NCBI GenBank assembly: GCA_046086025.1
Contig: JBJSWT010000093.1
Location: 1 to 47,402, forward strand
Direction of reading: 5' to 3'
Source of the DNA: Actinomycetes bacterium
GTDB lineage: Bacteria > Actinomycetota > Actinomycetes > S36-B12 > UBA5976
Length of the DNA stretch: 47,402 nt
Positions 28,976 through 38,487 of the stretch are shown in pieces. The notes below the pieces were generated by a model. That model was not told the origin of the DNA and did no database searches. It saw only the letters and a program-made list of their open reading frames with translations. The translations under genes and the position numbers were made by a program. Position 1 is the first letter of the stretch. The number at the start of each line of letters is the position of its first letter.

Positions 28976-31051
28976 CTAGGCGTCGATCCTAGATTTATCA
29001 AGTTCATCTGCTCCATGAACTATAAATTCTTTTCTCGGTCCTACATCAGTTCCCATTAGTAAATCAAAAACTTCACTTGCCTCTTCAGCATCTTTTACAG
29101 TAATTCTTCTTAAAGTTCTGGAGTCTCTATTCATAGTTGTTTCTCTTAACTGTTTAGCATCCATTTCACCAAGACCTTTATATCTTTGAATAGGTTGTTT
29201 AATTTTTTGACCTGATTTTTCTAAAGCGGCTACAGTTTTTTTCATTTCTTCATCTGAATAGGTATAAATGATCTCCCCTGATTTTTTACCACTTGAAACA
29301 GTTTCTATTCGATGAAGTGGTGGAACTGCTGCAAAAACTCTTCCACTATCCAAAAGTGGTTTCATATATCGATGAAATAAAGTCAATAGCAAACATCTAA
29401 TGTGAGCTCCATCCACATCTGCATCAGACATTAAAATTATTTTGCTATAACGAACTTCTTCTAATTCAAAAGTTTTTCCTGAACCGCCACCAACTACTGA
29501 AATAATTGAAGCACACTCGGCATTTTTCAAAACATCTGCAACTGATGCTTTTTGGACATTTAGAATTTTTCCTCTGATAGGCAAAAGTGCTTGATATTCA
29601 GAATTTCTGGCAAGTTTTGCTGTTCCTAGTGCGCTATCGCCCTCAACGATAAATAATTCAGAGTTTTCAACATCATTAGATCTGCAATCTGCAAGTTTTG
29701 CAGGAAGTGAAGATGATTCAATAGCATTTTTTCTTCTTTGAACATCTCTTTGATTTCTTGCAGCAATTCTTGCTCTAGCAGCATTTGCAATTTTTTCTAG
29801 AAGAACTTTAGTTTTAGCTTTGTCTCCTCTTGGAGGGTTTTTAAACCATTTATTGAACTCATCTGTTACAACTGTGGCAACTATTTTTTGTGCAGCAGGT
29901 GTGCCAAGTATTTCTTTAGTTTGACCTTCAAATTGTGGTTCAGGTAAACGAACACTTATTACAGCAGTTAAGCCTTCTAAAATATCTTCTTTCAATACAC
30001 TTTCTTCGTTATTTTTTAATACTCTTTGACTTTTAAGTTGATCATTAATTACTTTTACTATTGCTCTATCAAAACCAGCAACGTGAGTTCCACCTTTAGG
30101 TGTTGCTACCACGTTTACAAATGATTTAACTTCGGTATCAAATCCATTATTCCAACGAAGGGCGATATCTACTGCCATGTCTCTTTCAACTTCTTTTGGA
30201 CGCATGTGTCCATGGTCATCTAATACTGGAACATTCTCAGTGAAATGACCTTTTCCTTGTAAACGAACAACACTTGTGATTGCTTCCCCTGTGGACATGT
30301 GTTCCACAAATTCTGTAATTCCACCTTTAAATTTATATTCAACTTCAGTTTTTTCTTTATCTCGTAAATCAGAAACTGCAACTGCTAAACCAGGAACTAA
30401 AAATGCAGTTTGTCTGGCCCGCTGCATGAGAGCTGCAGCATCAAGATGTAGGTCTTTTACAAATATTTCTGGATCTGGCCAAAATCTAACTCTTGTCCCC
30501 GTTGCTTTGATTGATTTACCGGCAATTTTTAATCCAGATTCTTTAGTAAATTTTGCATTCGGTCCTTCACCTTTAAAGACTCCTGTGGTTCCTCTTTGAA
30601 AGGAAGCTTTATGAGTTTTTCCATTTCGATCAACTTCTACATCCATACGAACACTTAACGCATTTACAACTGATGCACCTACACCGTGTAACCCTCCAGA
30701 GGCTGTATAAGAACCAGAACCAAATTTTCCTCCAGCATGAAGCTTTGTCATTACTAATTCCACACCAGTTAATTTTGTTTTTGCTTCAATATCAACTGGA
30801 ATTCCACGACCATCATCAATAACTAGCACTGAATCATCAGGCATTAATTTGACTTGAATTCTTTTTGCATGACCTGCTAGTGCTTCATCTACTGAGTTAT
30901 CAATTAATTCCCAAACGCAATGCATTAAGCCACGTCCATCGGTAGAACCGATGTACATACCTGGACGTTTTCTGACAGCTTCTAATCCTTCGAGTACCGA
31001 AAGATTTTTTGCATTGTATTCAGAATTTGTCGCATTATTGGTAGGACTCAA
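28976..31051 (-). CDS. parE: type IIA DNA topoisomerase subunit B (ParE/GyrB-like)
   Basis: Motifs LEGLEAVRKRPGMYIGST, Toprim ELFIVEGDSALGTAK, PIRGKILNVQKA and ILMSDADVDGAHI are present. The ORF is open to 31207, but residues before LSPTNN look non-native. A TTG at 31051, preceded by AAAGGA, gives a typical 691-aa protein. Confidence 0.9.
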   Translation of the reverse strand: MSPTNNATNSEYNAKNLSVLEGLEAVRKRPGMYIGSTDGRGLMHCVWELIDNSVDEALAGHAKRIQVKLMPDDSVLVIDDGRGIPVDIEAKTKLTGVELVMTKLHAGGKFGSGSYTASGGLHGVGASVVNALSVRMDVEVDRNGKTHKASFQRGTTGVFKGEGPNAKFTKESGLKIAGKSIKATGTRVRFWPDPEIFVKDLHLDAAALMQRARQTAFLVPGLAVAVSDLRDKEKTEVEYKFKGGITEFVEHMSTGEAITSVVRLQGKGHFTENVPVLDDHGHMRPKEVERDMAVDIALRWNNGFDTEVKSFVNVVATPKGGTHVAGFDRAIVKVINDQLKSQRVLKNNEESVLKEDILEGLTAVISVRLPEPQFEGQTKEILGTPAAQKIVATVVTDEFNKWFKNPPRGDKAKTKVLLEKIANAARARIAARNQRDVQRRKNAIESSSLPAKLADCRSNDVENSELFIVEGDSALGTAKLARNSEYQALLPIRGKILNVQKASVADVLKNAECASIISVVGGGSGKTFELEEVRYSKIILMSDADVDGAHIRCLLLTLFHRYMKPLLDSGRVFAAVPPLHRIETVSSGKKSGEIIYTYSDEEMKKTVAALEKSGQKIKQPIQRYKGLGEMDAKQLRETTMNRDSRTLRRITVKDAEEASEVFDLLMGTDVGPRKEFIVHGADELDKSRIDA

Positions 31052-31257
31052 ATTTTTAATCCTTTGGCAATAGGCGAAATAAAATTGGTTATTCCCCAAT
31101 TCTGCTTGCTTGAAGGCTATTTTCCCCTCACCGCAACACCTTTTATAAAGTCTGTGACAGTTTTCACCGACACGCCTTGGTACTGCTTCAAGTTGCAATA
31201 AATCCATTTGCCATGATGATTGAATAAGGAACCAAAGTTAGAAGAAAGGCTAAGACC

Positions 31258-31464
31258 TTGAGTTCATTACTTACAGCAGGATCTGCTTTAACCGCATCTG
31301 ATCGTTGTGATCGTTGTGGTGCTCAAGCCTATGTTCGTGTAACACTTCCAACTGGTGGAACTTTAATTTTTTGCGGTCATCATGCCAAACAGCATGAAGA
31401 AAAACTCAAATTGATTGCAAAAGAATACGTTGACGAAACTGACAGATTAAAAGCTACAAACTAA
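31258..31464 (+). CDS. small conserved actinobacterial Cys/His-rich protein adjacent to sigA (DUF7455-like)
   Basis: 68 aa. The motif DRCDRCGAQAYVRV...FCGHHAKQHE recurs next to primary sigma genes in Actinobacteria (from memory). TTG start. Confidence 0.6.
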   Translation: MSSLLTAGSALTASDRCDRCGAQAYVRVTLPTGGTLIFCGHHAKQHEEKLKLIAKEYVDETDRLKATN

Positions 31465-31465
31465 A

Positions 31466-33148
31466 TTAATCTAAGTAATCTCTCAAAACTTGTGATCTAG
31501 ATGGATGTCTAAGTTTAGACATAGTTTTTGATTCAATTTGTCTAATTCTTTCCCGAGTCACTCCATAAACTTGACCAATTTCATCCAAAGTTTTAGGTTG
31601 GCCATCTGTTAGACCAAATCTCATTCGAACAACCCCTCGTTCACGTTCACTTAAAGTATCTAGAACTGAATCAAGTTGTTCTTGGAGCAAAGTAAACGAA
31701 ACAGCATCACTTGGAACAATTGCTTCTGAATCTTCAATTAAGTCACCAAATTCTGAATCTCCATCTTCGCCAAGTGGAGTGTGAAGTGATATCGGTTCGC
31801 GACCATATTTTTGAACTTCAATAACTTTGTCTGGAGTCATATCAAGTTCTTTAGCTAATTCTTCAGGGGTTGGTTCTCTTCCTAAATCTTGAAGCATTTG
31901 TCTTTGAACTCTGGCTAACTTATTAATTACTTCAACCATATGAACTGGAATACGAATTGTTCTGGCTTGATCTGCCATTGCACGAGTTATTGCTTGACGA
32001 ATCCACCATGTTGCATAAGTGGAGAATTTATAGCCCTTGGTGTAATCGAATTTTTCAACTGCACGAATCAAACCTAAGTTTCCTTCTTGAATCAAATCTA
32101 AGAAGAGCATGCCTCTGCCTGTATATCTTTTAGCTAGAGAAACCACTAAACGTAAATTAGCTTCAAGAAGATGATTCTTGGCTCTTTGCCCGTCTTCTGC
32201 AATCCATTCCAAATCTTTTCTGTATTTTCTATCTTTAATTCCACCTGCAGCTAATTTTTCTTCTGCAAATAATCCTGCTTCTATTCTTTTTGCTAATTCA
32301 ACTTCTTGTTCAGCATTTAAAAGTGCAACTTTTCCAATTTGTTTCAAATAATCTTTCACCGGATCTGCAGTAGCGCCTGCAACTGTTACTTTTTGAGTTG
32401 GTTCATCAGCATCGTCTGTATCAGAAATTACGAAAGCTTCTGATTCATCTACCGTGGCACTAATTTTTGTATTTTCTTCTGAAGAATCATCTACTTCTTC
32501 AACTTCAGCAATTTCTTCATTTAATTCTTCTAAACTTTCTTTTTCAAGTTCTGCAATAGCTTCTAATTCAGCTGGATCAACTTCTTCAACATCATCTACT
32601 GTAACCAGTTCACCATCAACCATTATTACTTTGGCAAAACCTTTATCTTTCTTACCTTTTTTATCTGCTGGTTTTAAATTCTTATCATTTTTAGGTGAAG
32701 TTTCTGAAACTTTTTGTTTTTGATTCTTTGTTTCTTTAGTAGGTTTTGCAGGTTTTACTGGTTTTAAAGGTTTAACTGGTTTGAGTTTTGCAATTGGTTT
32801 AGAAGTTGTTTTCTTTGCTACAGATTTCTTAGCTACTGGTTTTGTAGCTGGTTTTTTAGCTTTTGGTTTTGTGGTTGATTTCTTTGCAGCAGGTTTAGCG
32901 GCCGGTTTTTTAACTGCTGGTTTAGCTGCAGGCTTTGCAACAGATTTTTTAGCAGCTGGTTTAGCAGCCGGTTTAGTAATTGATTTTGCTGCTGGCTTTT
33001 TAGCGATTGGTTTTTTTACAACAGCTTTAGCAGCAGGTTTTTTAGCAGCTGGTTTAGCTGCAGGCTTAGCTGCAGGTTTAGATGGGGCAACTTTGGCTTT
33101 AGGTTTTTTAACATTTGATTTGCCAAGAAATTTATCTAAAATTGCCAC
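31466..33148 (-). CDS. sigA: primary (housekeeping) RNA polymerase sigma factor SigA/HrdB/RpoD
   Basis: 560 aa. Region 2 is [16 protein letters not shown]...[16 protein letters not shown]. Region 4 is [44 protein letters not shown] start with GAGGGG upstream. Confidence 0.95.
   Translation of the reverse strand: MAILDKFLGKSNVKKPKAKVAPSKPAAKPAAKPAAKKPAAKAVVKKPIAKKPAAKSITKPAAKPAAKKSVAKPAAKPAVKKPAAKPAAKKSTTKPKAKKPATKPVAKKSVAKKTTSKPIAKLKPVKPLKPVKPAKPTKETKNQKQKVSETSPKNDKNLKPADKKGKKDKGFAKVIMVDGELVTVDDVEEVDPAELEAIAELEKESLEELNEEIAEVEEVDDSSEENTKISATVDESEAFVISDTDDADEPTQKVTVAGATADPVKDYLKQIGKVALLNAEQEVELAKRIEAGLFAEEKLAAGGIKDRKYRKDLEWIAEDGQRAKNHLLEANLRLVVSLAKRYTGRGMLFLDLIQEGNLGLIRAVEKFDYTKGYKFSTYATWWIRQAITRAMADQARTIRIPVHMVEVINKLARVQRQMLQDLGREPTPEELAKELDMTPDKVIEVQKYGREPISLHTPLGEDGDSEFGDLIEDSEAIVPSDAVSFTLLQEQLDSVLDTLSERERGVVRMRFGLTDGQPKTLDEIGQVYGVTRERIRQIESKTMSKLRHPSRSQVLRDYLD
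32699..33112 (-). repeat. in-frame tandem K/A/P repeat (PAAK/KKPAAK units) encoding the N-terminal tail of SigA
   Basis: Residues ~13-150 read [18 protein letters not shown]...[14 protein letters not shown]. The DNA shows reiterated gctgg(t/c)ttagc(a/t)gc-type units. The antisense frame gives a spurious [14 protein letters not shown]. Confidence 0.9.
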
Positions 33149-33259
33149 TTATTTTTTTACCCCTCAAAGTCTGGACGCACTTAAGGGCCTGTCAAATCGA
33201 CCGGCCCAATTCATATTCTGTCACGAATTACACGAATCGCACTTCGATGGGGCTATCAG

Positions 33260-34075
33260 TCAGCGTGTTAATACTCCTCTTGCTTCATGAGCCAGAAGAT
33301 TAAATGTTGTTTTCTGGACCAAGTTTTTACCCAGCACTGGTAAGTCCAGATTATTTTTTGTTGACCACTTAGCTTGCCAAGTTGTAGTTACGGTAATTGT
33401 TTTTAAACCTTTAGATTTATAAGTGTGCTTTATTTCTCCATAGGGATATCCTGATCCGGTATTTGCTGTTTGAATCACTGTTCCATCTCCAAAATCCCAA
33501 GTCCAAATTGCAGAGGCATTTAAAGTAATAGGAATTCCTGTTATTACTAAATATTTTGGACCAAAATTTCTATTTTGATTGCTGATGAAGAAAATATCTG
33601 TGTTAACTAATACATGATTCAGTGGCTGCGTACTTGGAATTAATTTTGGTAAGTACTCACTTGTTACTTCGGTTATCTTAAAATTGATAGTAGAAGGTGT
33701 AACTGGACCACTTGGTGCTAAACAAATAACTCCAACAGCAAGCCAAGGTTCGTCATCGCCCAATTTCCGCCAAACTCTCAATCTTTTACCGATTTCGCCA
33801 TCAGGCCTTACACAACTTTCCGCGTCACCAGAACAACCTTTAATTGATCCAACATCATCTTCTAAGTAGCAGATTTTGGCAATAATCCATCTGCAACCTT
33901 GACAAGTTTCAGCTTGTTTTTGTGATTCGTAACTTCCATTAAAAGTTTCATCAAGGAGTAATTCTCCGGTTATTTTATAGCTTTCATTTTCTTGATCTGC
34001 TTCTATGGAAACTTCAGCTTGAGCAGGAGAAATTATTAAGAAAAAAGAAAAAATTAAGGTGACCAGGTATTTCAT
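33260..34075 (-). CDS. secreted hypothetical protein with Cys-rich region and C-terminal PKD-like domain
   Basis: Signal peptide MKYLVTLIFSFFLIISPAQA-EV when started at the ATG at 34075; the ORF is open to a GTG at 34108. PKD-like motif WTWDFGDGT...HTYKSKGLKTITVTTTW is present. Eight Cys lie in the mature part. Confidence 0.6.
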   Translation of the reverse strand: MKYLVTLIFSFFLIISPAQAEVSIEADQENESYKITGELLLDETFNGSYESQKQAETCQGCRWIIAKICYLEDDVGSIKGCSGDAESCVRPDGEIGKRLRVWRKLGDDEPWLAVGVICLAPSGPVTPSTINFKITEVTSEYLPKLIPSTQPLNHVLVNTDIFFISNQNRNFGPKYLVITGIPITLNASAIWTWDFGDGTVIQTANTGSGYPYGEIKHTYKSKGLKTITVTTTWQAKWSTKNNLDLPVLGKNLVQKTTFNLLAHEARGVLTR

Positions 34076-34137
34076 TGTTACATTATTAAAATTTAGTGCT
34101 TTATACACAAGTTTCTTGAGACTAAAAAGTCCCAGAG

Positions 34138-35298
34138 TTATTTAATTATTTTTTGGGTAGCAATTTCTAATGTTTTAGTAATGACGGGTGCCACTTGATC
34201 AAATTCGATTAAAAATCCGTCGTGGCCAAAAGGTGAAGAAATCACATGCAACTGACTTTTTTGAGGTAAAGCTGAAACTAAATCAGCTTGTTGTCTAATT
34301 GGATACAGGCGATCAGAATCAATTCCAGCCACCACAATTGGTGCTTTTATCTGAGCTAATGCGTTTCCAACTCCTCCCCTATTTCTGCCGATATCAAAAG
34401 TTGACATGCAATCTGACAAAACAATATATGAATTAGCATCAAATCTTCTCGCTAATTTATCGGCGTGATGATCTAAATAAGATTCAATTGCAAATCGACC
34501 ATCTGAATAAGGATCTTCTCCATCTTGATTATCTCTGCCGAAACGAACATCTAATTCTGTTTCGGAACGATAAGTTAATTGAGCAAATCTTCTTGCAATT
34601 CCTAAACCTGCATGTGGACCTTTACCGGGTTTAGATTGATAGTAATCACCATTTTGCCAATTTGGATCAGACTTAATTGCTGCAATTTGAGCAGATTGTG
34701 TCGCAATTTGATCAGCTGAAGATCTTGGAGCTGAGGCGATAACAAAAGCAGAATTTAATTTATGTGGATGTTCAACTGCCCATTCTAAAACTCGCATGCC
34801 ACCCATAGAACCGCCCATTATGGATGCCCACTTTTCAATATTTAAATAATCTGTAAGTCTTTTTTCTATTTCAACTTGATCAGAAACTGTTACTCTAGGA
34901 AATTTTGATCCCCAATTATTTCCTGACTCATCTAAAGATGAAGGTCCTGTTGTTCCTTGACAGCCACCCAAAACATTTGCGCAAACAACAAACCATTCAT
35001 TGGTATTAATAGGTAAACCTGGACCAATTAAGTTATCCCACCAACCTCTGGTCAAATGTCCTTCAACATCTAGACCAGCAACATGAGAATCTCCTGTTAA
35101 AGCATGTTCTATAAAAATTGCATTAGTTCCTGTGGAATTTAATTTTCCAAAAGTTTCGTAAGCAACTTTTACTTCAGGAAGTGTGCCACCAAGTTCTAAT
35201 TCAATTGGACCTAAACTAACAAATTTTCTTTGCCCAGGATGATCTCCTTCCTGCCACGCACCGGTGACAGGAGGAAGACCATCGTATGAAATTGGCAT
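34138..35298 (-). CDS. metX: homoserine O-acetyltransferase
   Basis: 386 aa. Motifs NAIFIEHALTGDSH, nucleophile elbow GGSMGGM and C-terminal GHDGFL are present. Lies immediately downstream of metY. Confidence 0.93.
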   Translation of the reverse strand: MPISYDGLPPVTGAWQEGDHPGQRKFVSLGPIELELGGTLPEVKVAYETFGKLNSTGTNAIFIEHALTGDSHVAGLDVEGHLTRGWWDNLIGPGLPINTNEWFVVCANVLGGCQGTTGPSSLDESGNNWGSKFPRVTVSDQVEIEKRLTDYLNIEKWASIMGGSMGGMRVLEWAVEHPHKLNSAFVIASAPRSSADQIATQSAQIAAIKSDPNWQNGDYYQSKPGKGPHAGLGIARRFAQLTYRSETELDVRFGRDNQDGEDPYSDGRFAIESYLDHHADKLARRFDANSYIVLSDCMSTFDIGRNRGGVGNALAQIKAPIVVAGIDSDRLYPIRQQADLVSALPQKSQLHVISSPFGHDGFLIEFDQVAPVITKTLEIATQKIIK

Positions 35299-35304
35299 TA
35301 TTTT

Positions 35305-36600
35305 TTAAGCACCTTTTGCAGCTCTAAATCCTGCATCAAGATCTGCCAAGATATCGGAAATATTTTCGATACCAACAGCTAATCTAATTAATCCAGGTGT
35401 TACACCTGCTGCAAGTTGTTCTTGAGGTGTTAATTGTGAATGTGTTGTAGAAGCAGGGTGAATTACTAAACTTCGCACATCACCAATGTTTGCTACATGT
35501 GAATGCAATTCAAGTGCTTCCACAAATTTCTTTCCAGCTTCAATTCCACCTTTTATTTCAAAAGATAGAACTGCTCCTGAACCTTCAGGAGTATATTTTT
35601 TAGCCAGATTGTTGTACTTACTTGAAGCAAGAGAAGCATAATTTACTTTTTCAACCTCATCTCTTTTTTCAAGCCACTTAGCAACTTCTTGAGCATTTTT
35701 AACATGTCTTTCAATTCTTAAAGACAAAGTTTCTAAGCCTTGTGCGATTAAGAATGCGTTAAAAGGAGAAATTGCTGCGCCAAAATCTCTAAGCAAAACA
35801 ATTCTTGCTCGAAGAATATAAGCCAATTCTCCTAATGCATCTGCGTAATTCAAGCCACCATAGGAAGGATCTGGTGTGTTGTATTGAGGAAATTTTGCGG
35901 CATTTTTTTTCCAATCAAACTTTCCACTATCAACAATCACGCCTGCAATTGCTGTGCCGTGTCCACCGATGTATTTGGTCGCAGAGTGAACCACGATGTC
36001 AGCACCGTGTTCAATCGGTCTTAATAAATATGGGGTAGCAACAGTGTTATCAACAATTAATGGAATTCCATTGTCGTGTGCAATTTTGGAAATATTTTCT
36101 ATATCCAAAATAACGTTTGCAGGATTTGCAATTGTCTCACCATAAAAAGCTTTTGTATTTGGCTTAATTGCTTTTTTCCAAGAATCTAAGTTGTCAGGAT
36201 CGTCAACAAATGTCACTTCGATTCCATATTTTGGAAGTGTGTAGTGAAACAAGTTATAAGTTCCGCCATAAAGATTAGGGCTAGAAACTATGTGATCACC
36301 TGCTTCAGCCAAATTCAAAATTGCATATGTTTCAGCAGCTTGACCACTTGCTAAAAGCAGTGCTCCAATACCGCCTTCTAAAGAAGCAATTCTTTCTTCA
36401 ACTGCACCTTGAGTTGGATTCATGATGCGGGTGTAAATATTTCCTGGTTCTGCTAGGGCAAATAGATCCGCTGCATGTTTAGTGTCACGAAATGTATATG
36501 ACGTGGTTTGATAAATCGGTAGTGCTCTTGCATTTGTTTGCGAGTCTGGTGTTTGACCTGCGTGTATCTGTCTAGTTTCAAAACTCCAACCTGAACTCAT
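35305..36600 (-). CDS. metY: O-acetylhomoserine aminocarboxypropyltransferase (sulfhydrylase)
   Basis: 431 aa. Motifs [21 protein letters not shown]-lysine block [11 protein letters not shown] and LIRLAVGIE are present. Confidence 0.93.
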   Translation of the reverse strand: MSSGWSFETRQIHAGQTPDSQTNARALPIYQTTSYTFRDTKHAADLFALAEPGNIYTRIMNPTQGAVEERIASLEGGIGALLLASGQAAETYAILNLAEAGDHIVSSPNLYGGTYNLFHYTLPKYGIEVTFVDDPDNLDSWKKAIKPNTKAFYGETIANPANVILDIENISKIAHDNGIPLIVDNTVATPYLLRPIEHGADIVVHSATKYIGGHGTAIAGVIVDSGKFDWKKNAAKFPQYNTPDPSYGGLNYADALGELAYILRARIVLLRDFGAAISPFNAFLIAQGLETLSLRIERHVKNAQEVAKWLEKRDEVEKVNYASLASSKYNNLAKKYTPEGSGAVLSFEIKGGIEAGKKFVEALELHSHVANIGDVRSLVIHPASTTHSQLTPQEQLAAGVTPGLIRLAVGIENISDILADLDAGFRAAKGA

Positions 36601-36777
36601 TTTTCTTTCCTCTTTCCTAATTTGAGTTTCTTTGGCTACCTATTTGATAGACAAAGGTGGGTTTTTTTTGCGAATAGATATAAAAATAAGCAATTAAATT
36701 AATTGAATATTTTTATAGATATAACGCAAATTATTACCCCTTTTTTTTCGGGGCCTCACAGTTAAAGATTTTCGTAA

Positions 36778-36891
36778 GACCCGCGCTTGCCAATTGCTTT
36801 TGCGAATTGACCTGGTCTACACCCGGAGCACCCCACCGCGGTGGAGGGTTGCCGTTCAGCTAGCCGGGGCTTAATACTGAAACTCTTGACC
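36778..36891 (-). promoter_or_regulatory. SAM-IV-type S-adenosylmethionine riboswitch aptamer upstream of metY-metX
   Basis: The minus-strand RNA is GGUCAAGAGUUUCAGUAUUAAGCCCCGGCUAGCUGAACGGCAACCCUCCACCGCGGUGGGGUGCUCCGGGUGUAGACCAGGUCAAUUCGCAAAAGCAAUUGGCAAGCGCGGGUC. It contains the blocks I recall for SAM-IV (AAGCCCCGGC, CGGCAACCCUCC, GGUGGGGUGC.CCGGGUG, GGCAAGCGCGGGUC). It is a GC-rich island in AT-rich DNA, in the genomic context expected for SAM-IV. Confidence 0.75.
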
Positions 36892-36924
36892 TAACTAAGA
36901 GATTACTAAACAAATCCTTGCTTC

Positions 36925-37893
36925 TCAAGTCCAGGGGTATGTTGGATTTTTAAACACATCCCTGAATTCATGTGCTGGTACACCACTATCGAGAGCATTT
37001 TGTAAAAGATGTGCCAGGCGAAATTTGTTATCAGCTGCAAGACTTAAATTAAGTGCAATTTTTGCAATTTTATACTCTCCTGCTTGCCATAAAAAGGCAG
37101 ATATACAAGCAAATATTGGACTTTGAAATTGTGGCTCTGCGACAGATCCAACTTTGGCCCAAGATTTGGCTAAATCAATTAAAAATTTAGAAGGGTTCTT
37201 TTTCCTAAAGCCAATATCAATAAAATGAGATAACAACGCATCTCTTACCGGAATATCTGATAAACCAACCAGAAGCCTTGACCAATTATTTTTATTCGTT
37301 GAAGCAATTGCACCCTTTGCTGAGAGTTGTTTGTATTGAGTTTTTTGCCATTTTGTAAGTTTTGAATTGTCTTTGATACCACTTTTAACTTTCAGTGCTT
37401 TTCTTGCAGCCAAGTTGACTTTAGAGTCTGATTTTTTGATATTTAAAAAATTCTCATCGACTTTTCTAGAACTTGTAGAACTTTCTTCAAATTCTAGAGG
37501 GTTTCCCTCTTGAGGGCAGCAATTTAGGTCCTCGCAGAGAAAAGAGGCCCACCTATTATTTTTTACCCACAATAAATCCTTTACGTGTACTTTTTGCGAT
37601 AGATTTTCAAACAAGATTTTTGAAATTTTACGATAATTTTCTGGTGTCTCCTCAATATAGAAAACTAAAACAACGGCTTCTATTTCTTCTTCAACTAATT
37701 TAATATTTAAATCCTTAAAAAAAGCACTAGATAGTTGTATTTGTGTAGGCAAGGGGTAGGACAGATGAATTGCAAATTTACTTTCTGCATCTTTTAGCCC
37801 GCAAATAATCAGCTGATTACTTGGATTAAATTTGATGATTGTTGGAATTTGACTTAGTAGTTTTTTGGGGCCATCAATAGTTATTTGATTCAT
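36925..37893 (-). CDS. DUF4192 domain-containing protein
   Basis: 322 aa. The N-terminus LLSQIPTIIKFNPSNQLIICGL and the internal W..FLCEDLNCCPQEGNP motif resemble the actinobacterial DUF4192 family (from memory). Confidence 0.6.
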   Translation of the reverse strand: MNQITIDGPKKLLSQIPTIIKFNPSNQLIICGLKDAESKFAIHLSYPLPTQIQLSSAFFKDLNIKLVEEEIEAVVLVFYIEETPENYRKISKILFENLSQKVHVKDLLWVKNNRWASFLCEDLNCCPQEGNPLEFEESSTSSRKVDENFLNIKKSDSKVNLAARKALKVKSGIKDNSKLTKWQKTQYKQLSAKGAIASTNKNNWSRLLVGLSDIPVRDALLSHFIDIGFRKKNPSKFLIDLAKSWAKVGSVAEPQFQSPIFACISAFLWQAGEYKIAKIALNLSLAADNKFRLAHLLQNALDSGVPAHEFRDVFKNPTYPWT

Positions 37894-37953
37894 TATTTAA
37901 TAATCAACCAAATTAAAGTATTAGATTTGATCAACTTATGAAATTGCTAATAA

Positions 37954-37985
37954 CTAACCCCTGGGGATAAATCCCCAGGGGTTAG
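37954..37985 (-). terminator. perfect 14-bp stem / 4-nt loop hairpin downstream of the Gre-like gene (I-shaped terminator candidate)
   Basis: ctaacccctgggga-taaa-tccccaggggttag is the only GC-rich element in this 126-bp spacer, 35 nt after the stop codon at 38020. There is no U-tract on the minus strand. Confidence 0.55.
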
Positions 37986-38019
37986 GTTGCTTGCAGAATT
38001 ACTACTTACTCGGGAGGGA

Positions 38020-38487
38020 CTAAGGAAGTAATTCCACGGATTTGATAACAGCTGTCCAATTTCCACTCGGTGCTATGACTGTTACTCGATCACCTTTTTT
38101 ATTTCCAAACAATGCTTGGCCAAGTGGTGAATAAACTGAAATTCTTTCGTCGTCAAGATGTGCTTCAATTGGGTGCACCACTCTTACTTTGAATTTTTCT
38201 TTTTCAGTTTGTACTTTGACTACGCTCCCTAATCTCACCGATTTATCGTCTAGTAATAAATCAGGTTTGCCTGCTTCTGAAACAAAAGATTCAAGTTCAT
38301 TTGCTTCTTCAGTCAATCTGGTGAATTCAGCAACGTCTCTTTCATCTCTGTCAACAGCAGTTATGAGTGGCGCTAACGCCGGTAATTGAACTTTTCGAAT
38401 GTGATCTACTTGTTTGAGAAGTTCAACTCTTCCAATTTCTGTAAGAACTACAGGAATTCCATTTTTCTTTTTAGATACAACAGGCAT
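38020..38487 (-). CDS. GreA/GreB-family transcription factor homologue (Rv3788/Rnk-like)
   Basis: 155 aa. The C-terminal Gre domain is LGSVVKV...VRVVHPIEAHLDDERISVYSPLGQALFGNKKGDRVTVIAPSGNWTAVIKSV. The N-terminal coiled-coil carries the acidic segment DRDERDVAEF. Confidence 0.8.
   Translation of the reverse strand: MPVVSKKKNGIPVVLTEIGRVELLKQVDHIRKVQLPALAPLITAVDRDERDVAEFTRLTEEANELESFVSEAGKPDLLLDDKSVRLGSVVKVQTEKEKFKVRVVHPIEAHLDDERISVYSPLGQALFGNKKGDRVTVIAPSGNWTAVIKSVELLP

Noticed and set aside
31052-31207. N-terminal 52-residue extension of the parE-like ORF (MDLLQLEAVPRRVGENCHRLYKRCCGEG...)
   Set aside because: The composition (Cys/Arg-rich) is unlike the rest of the protein and unlike any GyrB/ParE N-terminus I know. 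The conserved domain begins just after the TTG at 31051, which has an AAAGGA SD. The extension is most likely an upstream open frame, not coding.
32699-33112. Tandem DNA repeats considered as a CRISPR array, minisatellite or mobile-element remnant
   Set aside because: The units are short, degenerate, in-frame and lack unique spacers. They encode the N-terminal tail of an intact essential gene. This is coding low-complexity repeat, not CRISPR or a mobile element.
32781-33290. 169-aa plus-strand ORF with [11 protein letters not shown] repeats, plus the 89-aa ORF at 32454-32723
   Set aside because: These are antisense shadows of the sigA K/A/P-repeat and acidic regions. Lys AAA/AAG and Ala GCN codons read on the opposite strand give stop-free Phe/Leu/Ala/Gly frames. 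There is no start context, and the ORF runs through the sigA promoter region.
36737-36753. CCCC-GAAAAAAAA-GGGG hairpin downstream of the SAM-IV aptamer as an intrinsic terminator
   Set aside because: The stem is 4 bp with a 9-nt loop and no U-tract follows on the sense strand. This is too weak to call a terminator. It is mentioned only within the riboswitch finding.
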